DNA of 64,000 bases from Leucoraja ocellata (lineage: Eukaryota), in NCBI GenBank assembly GCA_036785375.1, contig JAWMAR010000388.1, forward strand, positions 1,984,001 through 2,048,000, given 5' to 3'. This document shows, piece by piece, positions 10,710 through 24,955 of this stretch (the stretch's first letter is position 1; each line of letters opens with the position of its first letter). The position numbers and the translations under genes were made by a program. The notes under the pieces were generated by a model. The model was not told the origin of the DNA. It was given only the letters and a program-made list of their open reading frames with translations, and did not search any database.

Positions 10710-10975
10710 GTTGAAACAAAGAACTGCAGGTGGTGATCAATACACAAAAGGACACAAAGTGCTGGAGTAACTCAGGCAGCATCTCTGGAGAACATGATAA
10801 TTTGGGACGTGTGCGCAAGAAGGAACTGCAGATACTGGGTTAAACCAAAGATGGACACAAAAAGCTGGAGTAACCCAGCGGGACAGGCAGCATCTCTGGA
10901 GAGAAGGAATGGGTGACGATTCGGGTCGGGACCCTACTTCAGACTGATCCGGTCTGCTGAGTTACTCCAGCACTT
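10710..10975 (-). repeat. Tandem copies of the Penelope-terminal-repeat-like family
   Basis: aaggaactgcagat..ctggagtaacccagcggg..gggtgacgattcgggtcgggaccctacttcagac. Confidence 0.7.
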
Positions 10976-12939
10976 TAACGTTTCACCTTAAAACTGGGGG
11001 GCAATGCCGCTGCTCTGCACCACGAGCCCTTCTTCACCCACCGCACGGTCCGGGGAGACGGCTGTTGTTGCGGCTCATGTTGTAGCCCCTGGGAACTGAG
11101 CTTTCCTCAAGCTGTGGCCAACGATATGGCACGCAATGTCACCCTGGGGCCCCCTCCCCTCTCACCTGCTGCGCTTCCAAGGCGGAGTGTCCGAGGGAGG
11201 AGGAGGAGGAGGCAACGGTGGGCAGGTGGTGGGAACCTGAAGAAAGCGCTGATGACCAGGGGCTACAATGAGAGTTGCAACAACAGCCACTGTCATCAGT
11301 TCATACGGATGGTGAAGAAGCGCACCTTGTGAGCCGGGGTTGGGTCGGCAAGTCTGTCCGCTATCATTGAAATCTGTTATAAGAGGTCAGTTAAAACAAG
11401 GATTTACTGTATCTGCTATCACTTTTAAATTGGTTCCCATTTTGCCTGACATTAGATTCTTATCGATTGTTTAATCTTTTGCTCCTATTACTTCTTCTGG
11501 ACATGAATAACCTCTCCTGGGTTCTCCTTCCCTTTAACTTCATCAATACATTTCCAATTTGTTGACCCCCCCCCCCCCCCCCCCCCAACTATTGAGTTGA
11601 AAGCTCTATCTACATCCAGCCCTAATGATGTGATTTGCCAGGACCCTGGTCCCAGCAGGTGGTCTTATTGGAACAGTACCCTGTTTCCCTTATACCACAG
11701 TGTCCCACCAATTTGAACCAACTTCTCTCAGACCAATCTTTGAGCCACACGTTGAAGCAATTTGCTTGTTAGTGGCTCAGGTAGTAAGCCAGAGATTCTG
11801 ATTCTGAGGATCTGCTTTTTAATTGAGTCCCTCTTGAAGGGCTGTCTGATCCACAGTGCCATTACTGATCCTTCCTACAGCCGCCACAATTGTCTGCACA
11901 GGGAGCAACAATGTCAGACCTGGTAGACAAGCCCAAAGGCCGAGGCTCCTCTAACACTCCCTTCTGGATCCCTCACTAGTCTGTAGTTCTCAGGCTTTTC
12001 ATTGCAACCCTTCTTCAATAGAACCGCAACATTAGCCACCCTCCATTCTTCCGCAACTTCACTAATGATCACTCGTATACCTCAGCCAGGGAGTTTGAAA
12101 TTTCTCGAGCTTCTCACATTGCCCTTGGATATAATATCTGTTCTGGCCAAGATTTATCCTCCTTCATACGCCTTAAGGTCCCAGCTTCCAACACTTGCCC
12201 GATTCCTCCTTTATCCTGACAAGAGCTTCAATTTCTCTCGTCATCCAAGTAACTCCCATCTGCTTTGCCCTTCACTCGAAGAAGAACATGCTTGCCCTGA
12301 ACTCTTGTCACCACTTTTAAAAAACATCCCATTTACCTTTGCCAGCAAACAACCTATCTAATACCATGAAAGTTAGCCTTGCCCCAATTCAGAATTGTAA
12401 CTTGTGGGCCCACCCTCAATGGTGGTTTCATTGTCACGTGTGCAAATAAACAGTGCTTTTCTTACATACAGTCCATATACAAGCACAATTCCCCATTAGC
12501 AACGTGTACAGAAATAGTCTACTGAGCTCGCCGCACATAAGAGGTGCCAGGTTTTGGCACTTTCTGCAAAGTCCTGTCTGCGCTCTAGACCTTATGGGCA
12601 TTGCCCAATCCAGGCAAGCTCCAGGTTGCTGCCTTGGACTTGTGGATCAACCAGTGAATTGATGCCCCTCTCCTCACCAGTCCAGCACTGAAGCAGGGTA
12701 ATGTCGGCTGGCGATATGACGAGAAAGTACATTGTAAATGAACTACCGTTCATATCTGTCGGTATCAGCGTTAACGTAAAATGTCACACAACTGAAGTAA
12801 TTCTTCAGGTACTGATTGGAATTCGAAAAGCTAATCAAAGGAAAGGGGAGGGGAAGAAATCCATGTCCCGGTTGCATCCTCTGTTCAGATATCCTGTTGC
12901 TTGCATTCATCTGTAAAGTAACCCAAATTATCATCCCCT

Positions 12940-14367
12940 ATCAATAACCCGTGCCTGCCTTCTCCCCATATCCCTTGATTCCACTAGCCCCTAGAGCTCT
13001 ATCTAACCCTCTTAAATCCATCCAGTGATTTGTCCTCCATTGCCCTCTGTGGCAGGGAATTCCATAAATTCACAACTCTCTGGGTAAAAAAGGTTTTTCA
13101 CCTCAGCCTTAAATGACCTCCCCTTTATTCTAAGGCTGGCCCCTGGTTCTGGACTCGCCCCACATTGGGAACATTTTTCCTGCATCTAGCTTGTCCAGTC
13201 CTTTTATAGTTTTATGTTTCCATAAGATGCCCCCTCATCCTTCTGAACTCCAGTGAATACAAGCCTAGTCTTTTCAATCTTTCCTCATATGACAGTCCCG
13301 CCTTCCCAGGGATCAATCTCGTGAACCTACGCTGCACTGCCTCAATCACAAGGATGTCCTTCCTCAAATTAGGAGACCAAAACTGTACACAATATTCCAG
13401 ATGTGGTCTCACCAGAGCCCTAGACAACTGCAGAATGAATGAACGAATGAATCTCTTTATTGTCATTGCTCATGGTACAACGAAATTTAAAAGTCAATCC
13501 CACGGTGCGATTCACAAGAGCAATTTTAAATATATAAGATAAGGTAAAAATACATACATATTAAAAAATTACAGATAAATAACAATAGCAGCTGAGGTAG
13601 AACCATTCAGTTGAATGTTAGTGTTATTTCTTATTTTGCATTGTTAAGTTCACGTATGGCTATGGGGTAGAAGCTGTCTCTGAGTCTGTTTGTGCGAGTT
13701 TTGAAAGACCTGTACCATCTGCCAGAGGGCAGCAGGTGGAACAGGTTGTGTCCAGGGTGGGAAGGGTCCTTCAGGATGTTGGCTGTCCTGCCAAGGCAGC
13801 GAGAGCTGAAGATGTCCTTCAGGGAGGGCAGTGGGCAGCCAGTGATTTTTTTGTGCGGTGTTGATGACCCTTTGAAGGGCTCTCCTGTCCGCTGCAGAGC
13901 CTCTTTAATCCTATACTGAAATATACTGCAGAGCCTCTTTAATCCTATACTGAAATCCTCTTGTTATGAAGGCCAACATTCCATTACCTTTCCTCACCAC
14001 CTGCTGTACCTGCACGCAAAATTCCCTCTTCCGAATCATTAATATACATGGTAAGTTGCGGCCCCAACACCGAGCCTTGCAGCACTCCACTCGCCACTGC
14101 CTGACATTCTGAAAAGGATCCGTTCACTCCTACTCTTTGCTTACGGTCTGCCAACCAATTTTCTATCCATGTCAACACCCTACCCCCAATACCATGTGCT
14201 CTAATTTTAGTCACCAGTCTCCCATGCGGGACCTTATCAAAGGCTTTCTGAAAGTCTCGATACACTACATCCACTTGCACCCCTTCATACATTTTACTTG
14301 TCACATCCTCAAAAAATACCAGAAGATTAGTCAAGCATGATTTCCCTTTCATAAATCCATGTTGACT
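12940..14367 (-). mobile_element. CR1 LINE fragment interrupted by a Rex1-type insertion
   Basis: [13 protein letters not shown] and GKSCLTNLL/DFQKAFDKV ORF pieces. Confidence 0.85.
13433..13900 (-). mobile_element. Rex1/Babar-type LINE 3' fragment
   Basis: tttattgtcat tail; reverse strand encodes HPGH.LF.LLPSGR.YRS-like C-terminus. Confidence 0.65.
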
Positions 14368-15020
14368 CCTGTATAAAACTTTACAAATTTTGGAATGACA
14401 TTTTTGACATTTTTACAAAACTATTTTTGGATCAATGGAAGATGGGAATAAGCAAAATACGTTTCAAAAATATACTTACTTACTTTCTACTTAATTATGG
14501 TTTCATAACGGCAAAAAAACTCATACTTAAATTTAGGGAAATTGCGCCAACACCAACGCTCAAAATGTGGATTTCAAATATGTCGGAAACGGCATATCTG
14601 GAATAAATGCGACTCCTTCTAGCAGGTAAAGCAGACCAATTCTTATTGATTTGATCACCCTTTTATCGACTTCTTACAAGCATATGGTGCAACACAACTA
14701 TAGAAATAAAATGTTTCAGAATCAGGTGACGAGTGGCCTGGAACATAAAATAGAAATATAGCTTTCAATCTCCTTTTTCCTTTTTTCTTTTCTCTTTCTC
14801 ATCTCTTTCTCTTTCTACTTCTTCGTCTTTCTGCTTTCGGCCTATCTTTCTATCTCACGCACCACTTATATCAATCTCCTCTTTTCTGCCTTATTCCTGT
14901 TTTATTATTAAATTATAAAAATAAGTTGTATATGAAATGTAATATGTCAACAAGTATTAGGTACTGTGCTACCACACTATTGTACTTCTAACAAAAATAA
15001 ATAAAATTAAAAAAAATTAA
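14368..15020 (+). mobile_element. L1 LINE 3' fragment with A-rich tail and 15-bp TSD
   Basis: aaatccatgttgact duplicated at 14353-14367 and 15021-15035; body resembles the L1 at 62640-64000. Confidence 0.75.
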
Positions 15021-15054
15021 AAATCCATGTTGACTTGGACTAATCCTTTTACTG

Positions 15055-18000
15055 CTATCATTCAATATGATCATGGCTGATCATCCAACTCAGTATCCTG
15101 TACCTGCCTTCTCTCCATACCCCCTGATCCCTTTAGCCACAAGGGCCACATCTAACTCCCTCTTAAATATAGCCAATGAACTGGCCTCAACTACCTTCTG
15201 CGGCAGAGAATTCCAGAGATTCACCACTCTCTGTGTGAAAAAGGCTTTCCTCATCTCGGTCCTAAAAGATTTCCCCCTTATCCTTAAACTGTGACCCCTT
15301 GTTCTGGACTTCCCTAACATCGGGAACAATCTTCCTGCATCTAGCCTGTCCAACCCCTTAAAAATTTTGTAAGTTTCTATAAGATCCCCCCTCAATCTTC
15401 TAAATTCTAGCGAGTACAAACCGAGTCTATCCAGTCTTTCTTCATATGAAAGTCCTGACATCCCAGGAATCAGTCTGGTGAACCTTCTCTGTACTCCCTC
15501 TATGGCAACAATGTCTTTCCTCAGATTAGGAGACCAAAACTGTACGCAATACTCCAGGTGTGGTCTCACCAAGACCCTGAACAACTGCAGTAGAACCTCC
15601 CTGCTCCTATACTCAAATCCTTTTGCTATGAATGCTAACATACCATTCGCCTTCTTCACTGCCTGCTGCCCCTGCATGCGTACTTTTAATGACTGGTGTA
15701 CCATGACACCCAGGTCTTGTTGCATCTCCCCCTTTCCTAATCGGCCACCATTCAGATAATAATCTACTTTCCTGTTTTTGCCACCAAAGTGGATAACCTC
15801 ACATTTATACACATTATACTGCATCTGCCATGCATTTGCCCACTCACCCAGCCTATCCAAGTCACCTTGCAACCTCCTAGCATCCTCCTCACAGCTAACA
15901 CTGGCCCCCATCATCGTGTCATCCGCAAACTTGGAGATGTTGCATTCAATTCCCTCGTCCAAATCATTAATATATATCGTAAATAGCTGGGGTCCCAGAA
16001 CTGTGCCTTGCGGTACCCCACTAGTCACTGCCTGCCATTGTGAAAAGGACCCATTTACTCGTACTCTTTGCGTCCTGTCTGCCAACCAGTTCTCTACCCA
16101 CATCAATACTGAATCCCCAATACCGTGTGCTTTAAGTTTGTACACTAATCTCTTATGTGGGACCTTGTCGAAAGCCTTCTGGAAGTCCAGATACACCACA
16201 TCCACTGGTTCTCCCCTATCCACGCTACTAGTTACATCCTCAAAAAATTCTATAAGATTCGTCAGACATGATTTACCCTTCATAAATCCATGCTGACTTT
16301 GTCCAATGATTTCACCACTTTCCAAATGTGCTGCTATCCCATCTTTAATAACTGATTCCAGCAGTTTCCCCACTACCGATGTTAGACTAACTGGCCTGTA
16401 ATTCCCCGTTTTCTCTCTCCCTCCCTTTTTAAAAAGTGGGGTTACATTAGCTACCCTCCAATCCTCAGAAACTACTCCAGAATCTAAAGAGTTTTGAAAA
16501 ATTATCACTAATGCATCCACTATTTCTGGGGCTACTTCCTTAAGTACTCTGGGATGCAGCCTATCTGGCCCTGGGGATTTATCGGCCTTTAATGCATTCA
16601 ATTTACCTAACACCACTTCCCGGCTAACCTGGATTTCACTCAGTTCCTCCACCTCATTTGACCCCCGGTCCCCTGCTATTTCCTGCAGATTTTTTATGTC
16701 TTCCTTGGGGAAGACAGAACCAAAGTAGTTATTCAATTGGTCTGCCATGTCCTTGTTCCCTATGATCAATTCACCCGTTTCTGACATGCAAGGGACCTAC
16801 ATTTGTTTTAACTAATCTTTTTCTCTTCACATATCTAAAAAAGCTTTTGTAGTCAGTTTTTATGTTCCCTGCCAGTTTTCTTTCATAATCTATTTTCCCT
16901 TTCCTAATTAAGCCCTCTGTCCTCCTCTGCTGGTCTCTGAATTTCTCCCAGTCCTCTGGTAGGCTGCTTTTTCTGGCTAATTTGTACGCTTCATCTTTTG
17001 TTTTGATACTATCCCTGATTTCCCTTGTTATCCACGGATGCACTACCTTCCCTGATTTATTTTTTTGCCAAACTGTGATGAACAACTGTTGTAGTTCATC
17101 CATGCAGTCTTTAAATGCCTTCCATTGCATATCCACCGTCAACCCATTAAGAATCAATTGCCAGTCTATCTTGGCCAATTCATGTCTCATACCCTCAAAG
17201 TTACTTTTCTTTAAGTTCAGGACCCTTGTTTCTGAATTAACGATGTCACTCTCCATCCTAATGAAGAACTCAACCATATTATGATCACTCTTACCCAAGG
17301 GGCCACGCACAACAAGACTGCTAACTAACCCTTCCTCATTACTCAATACCCAGTCTAGAATAGCCTGCTCTCTCGTTGGTTCCTCTACATGTTGGTTTAG
17401 AAAACTATCCCACATACATTCCAAGAAATCCTCTTCCTCAGCACCCTTGCCATTTGATTCACCCAGTCTATATGTAGATTGAAGTCACCCATTATAACTG
17501 TTTTACCTTTGTTGCACGCATTTGTAATTTCCTGTTTGATGCCATCCCGAACTCCACTACTACTGTTAGGTGGCCTGTACACAACTCCCACTAGCGTTTT
17601 CTGCCCCTTAGTGTTTCGCAGCTCTACCCATATCGATTCCACATCCTCCAAGCTAATGTCCTTCCTTTCTATTGCGTTAATCTCCTCTCTAACCAGCAAC
17701 GCTACCCCACCTCCTTTCCCTTTCTGTCTATCCTTCCTGAATATTGAATATCCCTGGATGTTCAGCTCCCAGCCTTGGTCACCCTGGAGCCATGTCTCCA
17801 TGATCCCAACTATATCATAGTCATTAATAGCTATCTGCACATTCAACTCATCCACCTTATTACGAATGTTCCTTGCATTGAGACACAAAGCCTTCAGACT
17901 TGTTTTTACAACACTCTTACCCCTTATACAATTATGTTGAAAAGTGGCCCTTTCTGATTTTTGTCCTGGATTTGCCGGCCCGCCACTATTACTTTTCACC

Positions 18001-18100
18001 TTGCTACCTGTTGCTTCCACCCCCATTTCACACCCCTCTGTCTCTACGCTCACACATTTAAGAAAACCTTTCCCTTTAACTTCATCCTCCACTATCCCAT
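15055..18100 (-). mobile_element. CR1 LINE, near-complete ORF2 (APE + RT) with frameshifts
   Basis: ORFs 17397-18161 (NARNIRNK, ETWL, GDFN), 16771-17424 (SDH), 15090-16787 (FADD). Confidence 0.95.
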
Positions 18101-18102
18101 TC

Positions 18103-18290
18103 GAGAGGAGCGAGAGAGAAGGGACAGAGAGAGAGAGAAGAGAGAGAAGGGAAGGGAGCAAGAGAGGAGAGAGAGAAAGGAGAGAGAGAGAGAGAGCATG
18201 GCGAGAGAGAGAGAATGTGGAGAGAGGATGAAGAGAGAAGGGAGAGAGAGAATGGAGAGAGAGAAGGGAGAGAGGGAGAAGGGAGAGAGG
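18103..18290. repeat. GA-rich simple repeat
   Basis: Degenerate (GA)n/(GGA)n run. Confidence 0.9.
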
Positions 18291-19129
18291 AACGATGACA
18301 CGTTATAACCCGCAGCCGTCCCATTCTGACCGCTGCCGAACCCCTCCCTCACTGCATCATTGCACCCATCTTCACGGCGGCCCAGTGATGTCTCGGCTCT
18401 GACAATTCGAGGGATCTAACTAGTAACAACACAGAGCAGCCCCGGGCCCCGCACACCCCGACTGCTGAAGCTAGCTAACGTGGAGGGAGAGTGAGGTAGC
18501 GTCTATTACGTGGGCTTGCTCTTCCTTCACTGGGCTCAAGACACGCCCCCTTGTGAGGCAGATGTGATCGCTGCCTCCCCTTGAGCTTTTACACTGCAGT
18601 TTAATGTGAGACCAGCGAGCATAAATTTAATATCTTTACATGTGAAATATGTAACCTGGACTATGGAAGGCGAGGACATGTAATGAAGGGGTTTACACAC
18701 TTTACTTTGGTGAATTACATAAAGATAGTATCAGGCACTCGCTTATTGCACGCGCTCCATGCAGTTTCTGAGGGGTTGCGCAATCAGAGCGGAGGCTCAG
18801 CTCACCGCTGCCTCACATCTCATCTCTCCCTGTATTTGCAGCAGAGCTGCGAAAAATGTGGCGATTTTGACTATAAAACATGATTAGATTCATATAGAAA
18901 TGACATTTATAACAGATCAGTGGGAAAATCTTTATATTCATTTTATATTATTATTATTTTTCTTTACTTTTCTGAACAGCTATTTTCATTGGGAGTATGA
19001 CAGGTGCGGCTCTGCCTGCCCTGCCTCCCCTGACCGCACGTCGCTGACTGTCATACCTACGTCCACTGATACCCAAGGCAGCTACCAGTCTCAACTATGT
19101 GCGCAAAACGTTGTCCCACATATCTTCTT

Positions 19130-19470
19130 GAAACATTGGCACACTAAACAGGTAGTCATTTGCAGTCCAAGCTGTTGCTTATTCCACAATCGTCCTTGCT
19201 AAAATTGCAAAGAGCTTATGGGAATCTGTTGTGTTTATGTTGCCTGATATTTCGCTAGATTCTGATCAGGGAAGCAATTTTAAAGCTCGGAGTGGCTGTG
19301 GGGATATTTAGGACATTGACACTCTCGAAAGTACATATTGCGACCCAATCTGAAATGTTTCAATTTTCAATCTTGAAATATAAACGTTTTGCAGTTAAAT
19401 CTATGGACGTTAAATAAAGAGGCATGTTTGGGTCAGTCCAAGTGTCCTTTGGTCAAGATGAAAGATGCTG
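19130..19470 (+). mobile_element. Possible highly decayed Gypsy integrase fragment
   Basis: From ~19201 reads KIAKSLWES...LDSDQGSNFKA, resembling the xSDQGxNF integrase core. Confidence 0.35.
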
Positions 19471-20299
19471 AGTTCAAATGGTTTCAATCGTCTTGCAAAT
19501 GGACATTGTGGAACAGCAGCCTGCTCTCCAGAAGTAGTGTCGCATACTTGCAATGCCCTCACACAAACGCCACGTTATTCTCTGCCATCGTATTGGTGGG
19601 AAGTCCCCTTTGCACAAAATAAAATCTGATAATCCTGTCCGGGAAATCTCAGGTCACTTTACTATTGCTGCCAGTTGCCAGAAAAGAATCCCTCTGGTCA
19701 GTTGCAAAAACACATTGAGGAACATTGGTTTTTGTGTTTATTTTAGATGTGAGCACAGCTGGACGCGACCGACGCATTGGTGTAAATAATCTCAGAAATA
19801 GAAGTCCCAGATTAGAACACTGACAGACAGAAACAGCATCTAATTGTCCCTACCAACGCAGTAGAGAATTAGGCCGTGCGTGATGCAAATCTTCAACTGA
19901 TTCAAAGGCATGGTGAATGTTTCAGATAGTTTTCTGCGCATCATTTGATAATATAATGGAGATTATATCCACGTTCACTTGAGGTAAAGAAATCCAGAAC
20001 TCGTAGTTTGTGCAAACATTCAGAAAGCTGGAATGGGGAGAGGGAAGTTCCTTGATACAGTACTCTCTCGATACAAACTCACTCTTTTATTAAACTTCTC
20101 CCCACGTCTCCCAGAACTGTCAATACCCGAATGTCAATGTGAAGGAAACCATGTTCTGTCTGAAAGGCTGAGGATAATGTGAGGCGGGAGATTTGTATCA
20201 ACATGTAATATGTGTATTCAGTTATCGATGGAAGTAAAGTAGCCTGAAGCTGACCCATGATGATCCTGGCCTGGTTGTGGGTGATGAGGCAAAGAAACA

Positions 20300-21486
20300 T
20301 TGAAACATAGACAATAGGTGCAGGAATAGGGCATTTGGCCTTTCGAGTCAGCACCACCATTCAACATGATCGTGGCTGATCATCCACAATCAGTAACCCG
20401 TCCCTGCTTCTTCCCCATATCCTTTGATTCTGTTAGCCATTGGGGCTAAATCTAACTCTCTCTTGAAAACATCCAAAGAATATTAGCCTCCACTGCCTTC
20501 TGTGGCAGAGAAGTCCACAGATTCACAATTCTCTGGGTGAAAAAGGTTTTCCTCATCTCAGTAATAAATAGCCTACACTCTATTCATAAACTGTGACCCC
20601 TGGTTTTGGACTCCCCAAACAAGGGGAACATTTTTTCTGCATCTAGCCTCTCCAATCCCTTTAGAATTGTATATGTTTCTACAAGATGCCCTCTCATCCT
20701 TCTAAATTCCAGTGAATACAAGCCCAGTCAACCCATTCCTTCATCATATGTCAGTCCCGCCATCCTGGGAATTAACCTGGGAAACCTACACTGCACGCCC
20801 TCAATAGCAAGAATGTCCTTCCTCAAATTAGGAGACTTAAACTGCACACAATACTCCAGGTGCTATCTCACTAGGGCTCTGTACAACTGCAGTAGGACCT
20901 CCTTGCTCCTAATCTCAAATCCTCTCGCAATGAAGGCCGACATGCCATTCGCTTTCTTCATTGCCTGTTGTACCTGCATGCTTACTTTCAGTGACTGATG
21001 TACAAGCACATCCAGGTCTCGTTGCACCTCCCCTTTTCTTAATCTGCCTTTGTGATTATGACACCAAAGTGGATAACCTCACATTTATCCACATTATGCT
21101 GCATCTGCCCATCACCCAAAACATCCAACTCACCCTGCAGGCTCATAGCATCCTCCTCACAGTTCACTCTGCCACCTGCCATCTTTGTCATCCATAAACT
21201 TGGAGATGTTACATTTAATTCCCATTGTGTAATTCGTTAATATATATTGTAATTAACTGGGGTCCCAGTACTGCCTGGCAGCAACCCACTACTCCCTCCC
21301 TGCCATTCTAAAAAGGACCCGTCAATTCCTACTTTTTGCTTTCTGCCAACCAGGTCTCTATCCGTGTCAATACCCTACCCCCAATAACCTGTGCTCTAAT
21401 TCTGCACACTAATCTCTTGCATAGGGCCTTTTTGAAAGTCCAGATACACTACATCCACTGGCTCTCCCTTATCCATTCTACTTGTT
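20300..21486 (-). mobile_element. Degenerate CR1 3' half
   Basis: gaaacatagacaataggtgcagg tail; colinear with 15055-16200. Confidence 0.85.
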
Positions 21487-21920
21487 ATGCCCCTGTCCCA
21501 CTTAGGAAACCTGAACAGAAACCTCTGGAGACTTTGCGTACCCACCCAAGGTTTCCGTGTGGTTCCCGGAGGTTTTTGTCAGTCTCCCTAATGGTCGAAA
21601 GTGGTTTCCGCTTCTTCTATGTTCCGGCGATTATTTCAAAAAATTCAAAACCGACCGTGACTAAAAATAGGTTGCCGTTTTAAAAATCGGTAATTTTTTA
21701 GTCGAAGTCGGTTGCGATGCTAGTTGAAGGTGGTTGCTGGCGGTTGCAGGTAGTGGAAGGTAAGACCTTTTTGTCACCCAGTTTTATTCCACCAGGGAGG
21801 TCTTACCTTCCACAACCTGCAACCTCCGGCAACCACCTTCAACTAGCATCGCAACCGGCTTTGACTAAAAAATTACCGATTTTTAAAACGGCAACCTATT
21901 TTTAGTCACGGCCGGTTTTT
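21487..21920. mobile_element. Palindromic non-autonomous DNA transposon (MITE, possibly Harbinger-type), partial
   Basis: Starts tgcccctgtcccacttaggaaacc like 44165; internal palindrome ~21650-21920. Confidence 0.6.
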
Positions 21921-22229
21921 TACAGCTAAGGTTAAATGATTAAATGGTTAATTCACGGACGAATTCTATAGGTACAAAGAAATTGACTTTTGACTGAACT
22001 GTCATCAATGTTTTTTGGATAGACAATTTGTAACTTTCACGGCGGCAGAAACATGGCGACACTTTGTGCACTGCCTAGATGAGGTCTGCTGTGCGATTTT
22101 GCTAGATTGTATGCAAACATAAAGAATATCATTGTACATAGGTGCAAGTGGCAATTAAGTATAATTGAATCATTGAACCATTGATTTTGTTGCATTGCGG
22201 TGCATTAATTTGCTAAAACAAAGTGAAAT

Positions 22230-22623
22230 TTAGAAGATTGAGGGGGATCTTATAGAAACGTACAAAATTCTTAAGCGGTTGGACAGACTAGATGCAGGAA
22301 GATTGTTCCCGATGTTGGGGAAGTCCAGAACAAGGTTAAAGATAAGGAGGAAATCTTTTAGGACCGAGATGAGAAAAACATTTTTCACACAGAGAGTGGT
22401 GAATCTCTGGAATTCTCTGCCACAGAAGGTAGTTGAGGCCAGTTCATTGGCTATATTTAAGAGGGAGTTAGATGTGGCCCTTGTGGCTAAAGGTATCAGG
22501 GGGTATGGAGAGAAGGCAGGTACAGGATACCGAGTTGGATGATCAGCCATGATCATATTGAATGGCGGTGCAGGCTCGAAGGGCCGAATGGCCTACTCCT
22601 GCATCTATTTTCTATGTTTCTAT
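22230..22623 (+). mobile_element. CR1 3' end
   Basis: RRLRGDLIETYK..FFTQRVV plus tttctatgtttctatg tail. Confidence 0.9.
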
Positions 22624-23662
22624 GAAATATACAATAGGCGGGGGACACATGGATCGATTGGTCGATTTGTAAAACGTCTGTGTGCTCTGGCTAAAGAACA
22701 TGGAATCCAGACCCCACTGATCATCCCAGATATGTTTTACATTTTCACACATGCCTACATTATATCACCCAGTGACCTTCACGCAGATGCGTTCACTTCA
22801 TGTACTCGGCTTCAGTGTGCAAAGGGAAACAATGTGGACATCTGTGGCCTTCGCTAAACTGGAAGATACTGAACATCCATTTGGTATTTTACTCTGTTTT
22901 ATTCAGGTCACTATCTGTGTGGTGTGTGATTCACAATTACCTTATATTTCTGTGTCAGATAATCTCTAAACAGATTCCATACAGAATGTAAGAGACATTG
23001 ATGCCCACTGTAAACATGAAAGGCAACCCAATCAAACACATTAACCGGGATATACATGATCAGAATTGATACTCCTGACAGTTTCACCAAAATGATGCAG
23101 CATGTAACCAATAAGATTAGTAGCTGGAAGTTTGCGAGATCTGTTGCTAGGTAGATTTTTATTTTGTTAGTTGTTATTCACCATCAGAGTTTTCAGTGTT
23201 TGAGCAGCAGAATGAAAGTGCCTCATTAATTTAGCAGCACAGTCGACACAGGTGTTTCCTTTCAGTTACATGGTGAGCTCTTGCCCATCATTCACAATGA
23301 AATGTTTTGTCTTCGGCCACAGAAAATGTAGAAGAGGGGAGATATTCTGATTCGGCAGAATCTTAAATCCATTCGTTCCTAATACTATTAGTTATTTTAT
23401 CATTTATTCAATGCGCATTCTTACGATAATAAGGACTATCTCTGCAGAGCCACATAAACACAAACAATTAGAGGGCAGTGTGAGGTGTTAATAAAGTTAA
23501 TTTAGTTTTCCCCACTTTGATTTAATGGATATGTAGTCTTGTAGAAGAAATGGGGAAGATGATCGATATGTTACCGAATTTAAATGAATTTGATATTACC
23601 TAGGCAGACAAAAGGTTACAGATAAATTGCATGAGTGGGCCGTTCGATCACAGATTACAAGT

Positions 23663-24765
23663 TAGAAACATAGAAACTTAGAAATTAGGTGCAGGAGTAG
23701 GCCATTCGGCCCTTCAAGCCAGTACCACCATTCAATATGATCATTGCAGATCATCCAAAATCAGTACCAGCATTTTCTCCATATCCCTAGAATTTGTTAG
23801 CGCTAAGAGCTAAATCTAACTTTCTCTTGAAAACATCCAGTGACTTGACCTCCACTGCCTCCTCTGGCAGAGAATCCCACAGATTCACACCTCTGATGAA
23901 CAAAGAAATGGCAGATGAGTTGAACAGGTACTTTAGATCTGTCTTTACTAAGGAGGACTCAAACAATCTTACTGATATAGTAGTGGCCAGAGGATCTGGG
24001 GTGATGGAGGAACTGAAGGAAATCCACATTAGGCAGGAAATGGTGTTGGGTAGACTGATGGGACTGAAGGCTGATAACTCCCCAGGGCCCGATGGTCTGC
24101 ATCCCAGGGTACTTAAGGAAGTGGCTCTAGAAATCGTAGATGCATTGGGGATAATTTTCCAATGTTCTTTAGACTCACGATCAGTTTCTGTTAATTGGAG
24201 GGTAGCTAATGTTATCCCACTTTTTAAGAAAAGCGGGAGAGAGAAAATAGGGAATTATTGACCAGTTAGCCTGACATCGGTGGTGGGGAAGATGCTGTAG
24301 TCAATTATAAAAGATGAGATAGCTGAACATTTGGATAGCAGTAACAGGATCGGTCCGAGTCAGCATGGATTTATGAAGGGGAAATCATGCTTGACAGATC
24401 TTCTGGAATTTTTTGAAGATGTAACTCGGAAAATGGACAAGGGAGAGCCAGTGGATGTAGTGTACCTGGACTTTCAGAAAGCATTTGATAAGGTCCCACA
24501 TAGGGAGATTAGTGGGCAAAATTAGGGCACATGGTATTGGGGGTAAAGTGCTGACATGGATAGAGAAATGGTTGGCAGACAGGAAACAAAGAGTAGGGAT
24601 TAACGGGGTCCCTTTCAGAATGGCAGGCAGTGACTAGTGGGGTACCGCAAGGCTCGGTGCTGGGACCGCAGCTATTTACAATATACATCAATGATTTGGA
24701 TGAAGGGATTCAAAGTAACATTAGCAAATTTGCAGATGACACAACGATGGGTGGCAGTGTGAACC
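23663..24765. mobile_element. Rearranged CR1: inverted 3' tail (23663-23893) joined to + strand RT fragment
   Basis: Tail motif on minus strand, then SPGPDGLHPRVLKE, GKSCL, FADD on plus strand. Confidence 0.8.
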
Positions 24766-24767
24766 AA

Positions 24768-24955
24768 AGATACTAGAGGAGCAAGATAGACCACTCCTAC
24801 GAAATCCAATGGGCTGACGTGTAGTACGGATCGGAACGTCACGGAACGTCACTTCCGCCATTTTAGGAATAAGAACCCGATCTCCGTTCTGCCTCTCGCA
24901 GTTTAATCCACATCAGTCCATTGGATTTTGTAGTTTATCTTGGTCTCTTAGCCTT
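24768..24955. mobile_element. Short MITE with imperfect terminal inverted repeats
   Basis: agaggagcaagata..aatccaatgggctga versus tcagtccattggatt..tatcttggtctct. Confidence 0.5.

Noticed and set aside
17944-18352. Arg/Glu- and Ser/Leu-rich ORFs
   Set aside because: Translations of a GA microsatellite.
18300-18600. CpG-rich stretch resembling a promoter or snoRNA
   Set aside because: No linked exon or convincing RNA structure found; cannot be supported from sequence alone.
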